Source of the DNA: an uncultured Alphaproteobacteria bacterium | GTDB taxonomy: Bacteria; Pseudomonadota; Alphaproteobacteria; HIMB59; GCA-002718135 | Assembly (NCBI GenBank): GCA_902512325.1 | Contig: CABXIT010000002.1 | Location: 5,009-69,008 of the forward strand | Length of the DNA stretch: 64,000 bases | Direction of reading: 5' to 3' | Shown: piece after piece, positions 31,402 to 37,880 of the stretch | How the letters are laid out: every line of letters begins with the position of its first letter | Numbering within the stretch: the first letter of the stretch is position 1 | Notes under the pieces: model-generated | Seen by the model: only the letters and a program-made list of their open reading frames with translations | Databases searched by the model: none | Told to the model about the DNA's origin: nothing | Translations under genes and position numbers: made by a program

Positions 31402-31689
31402 TTGAAGTTAGACATAAATACAATAAATAAAATTGCAAAACTTGCCAGAATAAGACTCTCTGAGGAAGAAGCAAAAGATTTACTCAAGGATATGAATTCA
31501 ATTTTAGACTGGGTTGAACAACTTAATGAAGTTAATACAGATTCAGTTGAGCCTTTAGCAAATATTTCATCATCAATTCTTCCGCAGAGAAAAGATGAAG
31601 CTAAGGATATAAACTCAGCCGATGAAATTTTAAAAAATAGCCCAGATAAGCTTGAAGGATATTTTGCAGTTCCAAAGGTAGTAGAATAA
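31402..31689 (+). CDS. gatC: Asp/Glu-tRNA(Asn/Gln) amidotransferase subunit C
   Basis: 95 aa with a TTG start. IAKLARIRLSEEEA...VEPL is the typical GatC pattern, and it overlaps gatA by 1 nt. Confidence 0.85.
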   Translation: MKLDINTINKIAKLARIRLSEEEAKDLLKDMNSILDWVEQLNEVNTDSVEPLANISSSILPQRKDEAKDINSADEILKNSPDKLEGYFAVPKVVE

Positions 31690-33113
31690 TGGACTTTAAA
31701 TCAATCTCTCAATTAAAATCACTATTAGATGAAAATAAAATATCTATTAAAGAAATTGCTGAGACATACATTAAGAGAATTAAAGAGAAAAAAGAATTAA
31801 ATATTTTTATTTATTTTAACGAAGATAAAATTTATGAACAGGTAAAAGAAATAGAAAAGTTACCAAATGATAAAACCTTAAAAGGTATTCCTATCAGTGT
31901 AAAAGATCTTTTTTGTACTTCAAATATGCCTACTACTGCTGCATCAAAGATATTAGAAAATTTTAAACCAACTTATGAATCTTTTGTTACTCAAAAATTA
32001 ATTGATCAAGGATCAATGTTTATTGGTAAAACAAATTTAGATGAATTTGCAATGGGTTCTGCTACTAATACTAGTTATTTTGGTAATACTATCAATCCCT
32101 TATCAAAAAATGATAATCCATTGGCTCCAGGAGGCTCATCAGGTGGGTCAGCTGCAGCTGTAGCTGCAGATTTATGTTTAGGTGCTACAGGAACAGATAC
32201 AGGTGGATCTATAAGACAGCCTGCTAGTTTTTGTGGTGTTGTTGGAATTAAACCCACCTACGGTTTATGTTCTAGATGGGGAATTGCAGCTTTTGCATCA
32301 AGTCTTGATCAAGCTGGAGTTTTTTCAAAGAATGTAACAGATGCATCAATATTATTAGAAGAAATAGCTGGTCACGATCAAAGAGATAGTACTAGTTCTA
32401 ATGTTCAAATACCAAGTTTCTCTAAAAATCTAAATCCTAGTTTAGAAGGTAAGATTGTTGGAATACCTAAGGAATATACTGTGGACGGAACATCAGATGA
32501 AATTAATGGAGTTTGGGAGGAGGCTATAAAGTCCTTAGAAAAAAAAGGAGCTAAAATAAAGTATATTTCATTACCTCATACTAAGTATGCTTTGCCAACT
32601 TATTACATAATTGCACCTGCTGAAGCTTCATCAAATTTAGCTCGATACGATGGTGTTAAGTATGGTTATAGAGCAAAAAATCCTAAAAGTTTAGATGATA
32701 TGTATGAGATAACTAGAAGTGAAGGTTTTGGAAAAGAAGTAAAGAGAAGAATATTAATCGGTACTTATGTTTTATCAGCAGGTTATTATGATGCTTATTA
32801 TTTAAAAGCTCAAAAAGTAAGAAAGTTAATTGCTAATGATTTTGTCCAGGTCTTTTCAGATTGTGATTTAATTTTAACTCCAACTGCCCCAAGTGCCGCA
32901 TTTCCTTTGAATGAAAAACAAAATGATCCTATTAAAATGTATTTAAATGATATTTTCACAGTACCGGCTTCGCTAGCAGGAATACCTGGTATTTCAATTC
33001 CATATGGTCATGATAAACAGGGCCTACCTCTTGGCATTCAACTTTTAGGTAAACACTATAATGAGCAAGAAATACTTAATGCCGCTTTTGCACTAGAGAA
33101 AGATTATGAGTAA
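31689..33113 (+). CDS. gatA: Asp/Glu-tRNA(Asn/Gln) amidotransferase subunit A
   Basis: 474 aa with the amidase signature GGSSGGSAAAVA...GTDTGGSIRQPA. Confidence 0.95.
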   Translation: MDFKSISQLKSLLDENKISIKEIAETYIKRIKEKKELNIFIYFNEDKIYEQVKEIEKLPNDKTLKGIPISVKDLFCTSNMPTTAASKILENFKPTYESFVTQKLIDQGSMFIGKTNLDEFAMGSATNTSYFGNTINPLSKNDNPLAPGGSSGGSAAAVAADLCLGATGTDTGGSIRQPASFCGVVGIKPTYGLCSRWGIAAFASSLDQAGVFSKNVTDASILLEEIAGHDQRDSTSSNVQIPSFSKNLNPSLEGKIVGIPKEYTVDGTSDEINGVWEEAIKSLEKKGAKIKYISLPHTKYALPTYYIIAPAEASSNLARYDGVKYGYRAKNPKSLDDMYEITRSEGFGKEVKRRILIGTYVLSAGYYDAYYLKAQKVRKLIANDFVQVFSDCDLILTPTAPSAAFPLNEKQNDPIKMYLNDIFTVPASLAGIPGISIPYGHDKQGLPLGIQLLGKHYNEQEILNAAFALEKDYE

Positions 33114-34581
33114 TTTAATTAAGGGAAAAGAACAAGAATGGGAAACTGTAATAGGTCTTGAAATACATGCTCAAGTAAAATCAAATTCAAAATTATTTAG
33201 CAGTTCCTCTTCAACTTTTGGCTCGAAACCAAATAGTCAAGTCTCTTTAGTTGATGCTGCTATGCCAGGTATGCTCCCAGTAATTAATAAATACTGTATC
33301 GAACAAGCAATAAAAACTGGAATAGGGTTAAATGCAAAAATAAATAATTATTCTGTTTTCGATCGAAAAAATTACTTTTATGCTGATCTTCCTCAGGGCT
33401 ATCAAATTAGTCAATACAAACATCCTATTGTGGGGGAGGGGAAAGTCACTATTGATTTCAAAGATGGTAGTTCAAAAGATATCAGAATAGTGAGGCTTCA
33501 CTTAGAGCAAGATGCGGGCAAAAGTATTCATGATCAAAATCCAACAAAAACATATGTTGATTTAAATAGGTCAGGAGTTGCTTTAATGGAAATTGTAAGT
33601 GAGCCAGATATCAGAAGCGCAGATGAAGCAGGTTTGTATATTTCAAAAATAAGATCAATTTTGATGTATCTTGATACTTGTGATGGAAACATGCAAGAAG
33701 GGTCTCTACGTGCTGATGTAAATATTTCAGTGAGAAAACTTGACGATAAATATGGGACCAGGTGTGAGATTAAAAATTTAAATTCCATTAAATTTATTAA
33801 ACAGGCAATTAATTATGAAGTAAAAAGACAGATTGAAGTTCTTGAGGAAGGGGGTGTTATTGAGCAAAACACGCTCTTGTTTAATACATCTACAGGCAAA
33901 ACAAGACCCATGAGAAGTAAAGAAGAGGCACATGATTACAGATATTTTCCAGATCCTGATTTATTGCCTTTAGAAATAGATCAAGAAGATATTGATAAAT
34001 TAAAAAAAACGATCACAGAATTACCAGATGATAGAAAAAAAAGATATGTAGATGATTACAATTTATCTAACTATGATGCATCAGTTTTAACTGCAGATAA
34101 ATTTGTATCTGATTATTTCGACAATGTAATTAAATTTGATAAAACACTTAAAAAGTCTTCAAAGATTGTTGTAAATTGGATTACATCAGAATTATTTTCA
34201 CTTTTAAACGAAAATAATATTGAAATTAATAATTCTCCAATAACTCCTCAGTATTTAGGTAAGTTAGTAAAATTATTAAAAGAGGATATAATCTCAGGTA
34301 AGATTGCTAAAGATGTTTTAGTTGAAATGTTTAATACAAAAAAAGATCCAGAAAAAATTATAGAACAAAAAGGATTAAAGCAGGTTACTGACACAAGTGA
34401 AATTGAAAATATTGTCAATGAAGTTCTTCAAGAAAATCAAAAAATGGTTGATCAATATTTATCAGGTAAAGATAAACTACTTGGGTTTTTTGTTGGACAA
34501 ACTATGAAAAAAAGTAAAGGAAAAGCTAATCCTAAAATTTTAAATGAAATTTTACAATCCAAGTTATCCAAGAAAAATTAA
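33106..34581 (+). CDS. gatB: Asp/Glu-tRNA(Asn/Gln) amidotransferase subunit B
   Basis: 491 aa with WETVIGLEIHAQ, DRKNYFYADLPQGYQISQ and a C-terminal YqeY-like tail. Confidence 0.95.
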   Translation: MSNLIKGKEQEWETVIGLEIHAQVKSNSKLFSSSSSTFGSKPNSQVSLVDAAMPGMLPVINKYCIEQAIKTGIGLNAKINNYSVFDRKNYFYADLPQGYQISQYKHPIVGEGKVTIDFKDGSSKDIRIVRLHLEQDAGKSIHDQNPTKTYVDLNRSGVALMEIVSEPDIRSADEAGLYISKIRSILMYLDTCDGNMQEGSLRADVNISVRKLDDKYGTRCEIKNLNSIKFIKQAINYEVKRQIEVLEEGGVIEQNTLLFNTSTGKTRPMRSKEEAHDYRYFPDPDLLPLEIDQEDIDKLKKTITELPDDRKKRYVDDYNLSNYDASVLTADKFVSDYFDNVIKFDKTLKKSSKIVVNWITSELFSLLNENNIEINNSPITPQYLGKLVKLLKEDIISGKIAKDVLVEMFNTKKDPEKIIEQKGLKQVTDTSEIENIVNEVLQENQKMVDQYLSGKDKLLGFFVGQTMKKSKGKANPKILNEILQSKLSKKN

Positions 34582-34902
34582 ACGAAGTGTAAAAATTCTA
34601 TATGATAAGAATAAAAAAGTTGCAACTACCCATATTATGCTTCCATTATAATTTTCTGCTGATCTCCAAATTCCCACAGTAATTAGAATTGTCCAAAAAA
34701 TTAATAAAAGTTTAGTAAATAATGTAAAATTGCTAAAATCTAAAAAAGGTAAATAGCTTGTAAATTGATTATTACCAAATGCATAAATCTCGAGATTAAA
34801 AATTACTAATGTAAATAAGGCATTTAATAATTCACCAACTAACCAATAAGATCTCCATAGAGTGATTTCCCCTCTCCAAAATCTGCTAATTATTTTTTTC
34901 AT
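34564..34902 (-). CDS. small hypothetical membrane protein (about 3 TM)
   Basis: A 112-aa hydrophobic ORF that converges on gatB with an 18-nt overlap. No recognisable motif. It is the last gene before the tRNA-Ser half-repeat. Confidence 0.45.
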   Translation of the reverse strand: MKKIISRFWRGEITLWRSYWLVGELLNALFTLVIFNLEIYAFGNNQFTSYLPFLDFSNFTLFTKLLLIFWTILITVGIWRSAENYNGSIIWVVATFLFLSYRIFTLRLIFLG

Positions 34903-35014
34903 ATTTTATTTCTTTTAAATTATTACATTAATAAAATCCTCAACTTAATTTAAATATTAATGAATATAGTTGAGTTTCTAGTTACATTTCATTAATAAGG
35001 ATATATGAATCATA

Positions 35015-35061
35015 TACAGGAGAGATGGGTGAGTGGCTTAAACCACAGGTTTGCTAAACCT
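35015..35061 (+). repeat. left direct repeat: orphan 5' half of tRNA-Ser(GCU) (4 upstream nt + tRNA nt 1-43)
   Basis: tacaggagagatgggtgagtggcttaaaccacaggtttgctaaacct is identical (47/47) to 37776-37822. Identity stops exactly at the 3' end of the anticodon stem. Confidence 0.95.
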
Positions 35062-35361
35062 TTGAATTTTGTACTTTCTTGTTAAATATTTCTCAGTAAT
35101 CCAACAAAAACATTTCCAATAACATCATTTCACGGCAACTGTGGACCACGTACGTATCACTTTGCTCTCAAAACTAGTATGAGGACACTAAGGAATTCGA
35201 AGCAACGAATTTGGGTCCCTTGTGCCCTCTATTTCCCTATAAAGATATTAAAAGAAATACCAAACGATTATGTAAATTAATCCAACTCACCAATTAAACT
35301 ACCCTTTCCCCTCGTTATTTTCCCTCTTAATCCCGTATCGGTATTGTGTTAGGTTATCGTG

Positions 35362-35865
35362 ATGAATAGAAAAGGTTTCTCTCTTATCGAACTCTTAGTT
35401 GTTGTTGCGATCATTGGTATCTTAGCAGCAGTAGGGATTGTAGCATATAGCGGGTATACAAATAGTGCTAAAGTTAATGCTGTGAAGGCAAATCATAAAC
35501 TTGCAGTAAAAATAATCAACCAAGAATTAATGCGTTGTCAGTTAGAGGATAAAATACAAATGTATAATGGGTCAACAAAAAAATGTGAAGATTCACCTTG
35601 TCAATGGTCACCTCACCCTTTTAGTTATAATTTTTATAAAATAAGTAGTTGTTTGGACAGCGGTGATACTTTTAAAAATAATCCTTTTAATAATGCAGAT
35701 CCTAATGGAGGATACCGCGCAACTTCAACAATACCAACTGTAGCTGAAATAGGAAGAACCCATTGCAATTTTGATAGTCTAAAAAATCCAGTAGTAATAT
35801 GTAGTTCTCGTTGGGGAACAGGAACTAATGATTATGAACTGACAAATATTTCAGATCCTTTTTAA
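35362..35865 (+). CDS. type IV pilin (prepilin with class III signal peptide), paralogue 1
   Basis: MNRKG|FSLIELLVVVAIIGILAAVGIVAYSGYT has a short basic leader ending in Gly, Phe+1 and Glu+5, and a hydrophobic alpha1-N helix. The Cys-containing variable C-terminus is similar to paralogue 3. An ATG at 35362 follows the track's GTG at 35359. Confidence 0.88.
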   Translation: MNRKGFSLIELLVVVAIIGILAAVGIVAYSGYTNSAKVNAVKANHKLAVKIINQELMRCQLEDKIQMYNGSTKKCEDSPCQWSPHPFSYNFYKISSCLDSGDTFKNNPFNNADPNGGYRATSTIPTVAEIGRTHCNFDSLKNPVVICSSRWGTGTNDYELTNISDPF

Positions 35866-35871
35866 ATAACA

Positions 35872-35922
35872 ATGAAAAAAGCTTTCTCTATTATTGAATT
35901 AAATGTTATAAATTGGTTATGA
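35872..35922 (+). pseudogene. truncated pilin 5' remnant (MKKAFSIIELNVINWL*)
   Basis: The first 29 nt (atgaaaaaagctttctctattattgaatt) match the pilin-2 start at 26/29 positions. The Gly(-1) is replaced by Ala and the frame stops after 16 codons. Confidence 0.6.
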
Positions 35923-36338
35923 TTGAAAATTTTGGTAATATTTTTTATCTGATCATTCACGTTTTAATTACTGGATTGTTTGGAGTTTATATTGTGAGAA
36001 TATATTTTGCTCCTGAAGGTCTAGTAAAAGAATTTAACATAGACAGGAGTGGTATCTATCTTATCAGGTTTATCGGAACCTTTGCATTTGGTTTCTTCTT
36101 AATGGGAATTTATATTATCTTTAGATCAGGCGGTCCTGAAGGAGCATGGATGTATTATAACTTGATTTTTATTATTGCAGCATCTCAACTTTTATATGAA
36201 TCTTTATTTTATTTTAAGTTAATAGATAAGGATCTCGAAGCTAAAAATAGCTTAACTGATCTAGTCCTTTCAGTGTTCATGGTTGTGGCACCGGCAATAC
36301 TTATATGGGGATTATCAGATAGAATTTATACAATATAA
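35919..36338 (+). CDS. hypothetical 4-TM membrane protein inside pilin islet
   Basis: About 139 aa from the ATG at 35919 (track TTG at 35913) with four hydrophobic helices. No recognisable motif. Confidence 0.5.
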   Translation: MIENFGNIFYLIIHVLITGLFGVYIVRIYFAPEGLVKEFNIDRSGIYLIRFIGTFAFGFFLMGIYIIFRSGGPEGAWMYYNLIFIIAASQLLYESLFYFKLIDKDLEAKNSLTDLVLSVFMVVAPAILIWGLSDRIYTI

Positions 36339-36377
36339 AAGATCCATATTAAAACTATCTCAAGATTATCAATATTA

Positions 36378-36545
36378 GTGGTGCAAATCTGTAATACTTG
36401 CTAACATTTTTTTTTAACAAATATTTGTTTTGGGTGTATCTTATTCCAATGAAAAAAGGTTTCTCTCTTATTGAACTCTTAGTCGTTGTTGCGATCATTG
36501 GTATTTTAGCAGCAGTGGGAATTGTTGCGTATAGTGGGTATACCG
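36378..36545 (+). repeat. pilin cassette repeat copy A (71-nt upstream region + first ~96 nt of pilin 2)
   Basis: gtggtgcaaatctgtaatacttgctaaca-T9-aacaaatatt... aligns with 36973-37140 with only a few substitutions. Confidence 0.9.
36398..36427 (+). promoter_or_regulatory. candidate promoter of pilin 2 (TTGCTA-N18-TATTTG) with T9 tract in spacer
   Basis: The hexamers are read directly and the T9 tract lies at 36407-36415. Its conservation in copy B is the main support. Confidence 0.3.
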
Positions 36546-36970
36546 AGAGCGCTAAGATTAATGCTGCTAAAGCAAATCACAAAGTAGTTGTTAATTTTGT
36601 AGCAACAAGTTTGGCAAAATGTGACACAGGCCAACAATTAATTTTAAAACAAAATCCTACTACAAATACTGGGGACTTGTGTTCTCTAGTTATATCTGGA
36701 AACGTTAATCAATTAGCTACTAACTTTGTTGGTCATTTTAGAAGTCTAAAGTGGTGTAATCCTTTTGGCTGGAGAGGAGGGAGCGTTTGTGCTGAAGCAG
36801 TAGAAGCGGGAGGCACAGTGGGAGAGGGAACTGTAGGTGCAACAAAAATAATTACTAAATCAGGTTCTAAAACTTTATATATTGATACAAAATATACGTG
36901 TGGAAGCAGTGGTCAGACAGAGCTTTGCAGAACAGGAGAAACCCTAACAGATTTTATGGAAGTAAAATAA
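36449..36970 (+). CDS. type IV pilin, paralogue 2
   Basis: Begins MKKG|FSLIELLVVVAIIGILAAVGIVAYSGYT. The divergent C-terminus has a terminal Cys pair (YTCGSSGQTELC), which is disulfide-loop-like. The track ORF start at 36398 reads through the duplicated non-coding leader and was trimmed. Confidence 0.88.
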   Translation: MKKGFSLIELLVVVAIIGILAAVGIVAYSGYTESAKINAAKANHKVVVNFVATSLAKCDTGQQLILKQNPTTNTGDLCSLVISGNVNQLATNFVGHFRSLKWCNPFGWRGGSVCAEAVEAGGTVGEGTVGATKIITKSGSKTLYIDTKYTCGSSGQTELCRTGETLTDFMEVK

Positions 36971-36972
36971 TT

Positions 36973-37140
36973 GTGGTGCAAATCTGTAACACTTGCTAAC
37001 ATTTTTTTTTAACAAATATTAATTTTGGGTGTATCTTATTTAAATGAAAAAAGGTTTCTCTCTTATCGAACTCTTAGTCGTAGTTGCAATTATAGGTATT
37101 TTAGCAGCAGTAGGAATTGTTGCGTATAGTGGGTATACGA
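36973..37140 (+). repeat. pilin cassette repeat copy B (71-nt upstream region + first ~96 nt of pilin 3)
   Basis: See copy A. It begins 2 nt after the pilin 2 stop codon. Confidence 0.9.
36993..37022 (+). promoter_or_regulatory. candidate promoter of pilin 3 (TTGCTA-N18-TATTAA) with T9 tract in spacer
   Basis: Same architecture as copy A, with the T9 tract at 37002-37010. Confidence 0.3.
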
Positions 37141-37541
37141 GTGGTGCAAAAGTTACAGCAACAAAAGCTAATCATGCACTAGTTGCTAAAATTATTCAAG
37201 CGGAAATTATGAGATGTAGTTTTGGTGAGGAACCACAGTTATCTCAAGGTATTAATCTTAAATGTAATGAAATTAGTCAGAAAAAAATTTCAGATCCTTG
37301 GTATCTAGCAACAAAGTTTGCTCAGCATTTTACAATTATACACAATAATACAGGAGAACAACAATGGAAAAATTTATTTGACAATGGAGCAGGAGTACAA
37401 CCTACTAAGAATACACAGTGTAATCTTAATACTTTAGGTCAATCAAGTATTGCGGGGAGAAAAAATGAAATAATTGTGATTACTAGATATGGAACAGGAA
37501 ATAACGATTGCCTTATTACAGTTGTATCTAGTGAGTTTTAA
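37044..37541 (+). CDS. type IV pilin, paralogue 3
   Basis: Begins MKKG|FSLIELLVVVAIIGILAAVGIVAYSGYT. The C-terminal half parallels paralogue 1 (EIMRCSF.. vs ELMRCQL..; RYGTGNNDC vs RWGTGTNDY). Confidence 0.88.
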   Translation: MKKGFSLIELLVVVAIIGILAAVGIVAYSGYTSGAKVTATKANHALVAKIIQAEIMRCSFGEEPQLSQGINLKCNEISQKKISDPWYLATKFAQHFTIIHNNTGEQQWKNLFDNGAGVQPTKNTQCNLNTLGQSSIAGRKNEIIVITRYGTGNNDCLITVVSSEF

Positions 37542-37775
37542 ATGAAAAAACTTTTTTTTAACCTTAGTGACGAGCGAAAAAAGAATCACTAATGAGGTCA
37601 CAATCAACGAAAAATCCATGGACCTCACACGTATCAATATAGTGTATTATTTATTAATATTTCATGCTAAATAATAATTAAGAAAGTAGAGCGATTACAT
37701 TGTGTGAAGTGCAGAATGTTATTGAGATACTTGGAAATTTTAACTAAGAGGGTTAATAGTTTACGATGATAAATT

Positions 37776-37822
37776 TACAGGAGAGATGGGTGAGTGGCTT
37801 AAACCACAGGTTTGCTAAACCT
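37776..37822 (+). repeat. right direct repeat (part of the intact tRNA-Ser gene)
   Basis: Identical (47/47) to 35015-35061. Confidence 0.95.
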
Positions 37823-37871
37823 GCGAAGAGGGTAACCTCTTCCGAGGGTTCGAATCCCTCTCTCTCCGCCA
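37780..37871 (+). tRNA. tRNA-Ser (anticodon GCU), class II with long variable arm, CCA encoded
   Basis: Manual fold: acceptor GGAGAGA/TCTCTCC, anticodon stem CAGGT/ACCTG with loop TTGCTAA, variable arm GAAGAGG-GTAA-CCTCTTC, T arm GAGGG-TTCGAAT-CCCTC, discriminator G and 3' CCA. Confidence 0.95.
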
Positions 37872-37880
37872 ATAAATAAA

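Larger units (their letters stand above)
35062..37775. mobile_element. tRNA-Ser-associated genomic islet (pilin cassette islet), no recombinase gene
   Basis: It is bounded by the 47-bp direct repeats and inserted between conserved housekeeping blocks (gatCAB and tRNA-Ser-dapA-smpB). Its content is non-housekeeping and visibly more G+C-rich in places, with atypically long non-coding stretches. Confidence 0.55.

Noticed and set aside
31397-31474. 26-codon N-terminal extension of ruvX in the ORF track
   Set aside because: It would overlap the gatC coding start and encodes a nonsensical hydrophobic peptide. The internal ATG at 31396 gives a normal-length YqgF protein.
34947-34982. Hairpin CTCAACT-(22 nt)-AGTTGAG between the 112-aa membrane ORF and the half-tRNA
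   Set aside because: It is a 7-bp stem with a large A/T loop and has weak thermodynamic and statistical support.
35142-35159. 18-nt motif TGGACCACGTACGTATCA in the left islet arm resembling TGGACCTCACACGTATCA (37619-37636) in the right arm (15/18)
   Set aside because: A rough estimate suggests that one 15/18 match between two ~250-300-nt segments is not clearly beyond chance. The similarity does not extend convincingly on either side.
36378-36403. Possible sigma54 (-24/-12) promoter in the duplicated pilin leader (TGGTGC-aaatc-TGTA)
   Set aside because: The GG of the -24 element is present, but the -12 position reads TGTA instead of TTGC at the required spacing, so there is no GC dinucleotide. 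The NtrX in this window also lacks the sigma54-contact loop. A sigma70-type reading fits better.
36398-36448. 17-codon N-terminal extension of pilin 2 in the ORF track (MLTFFFNKYLFWVYLIP)
   Set aside because: This stretch is the duplicated non-coding leader shared with pilin 3, where it is not in frame with a start. The canonical short prepilin leader MKKG begins at 36449.
37542-37592. Mini-ORF MKKLFFNLSDERKKNH directly after the pilin 3 stop, as a possible fifth pilin relic
   Set aside because: Only the A-rich MKK start and one Phe are shared with the pilin N-terminus. Unlike the relic at 35872, there is no extended nucleotide identity.
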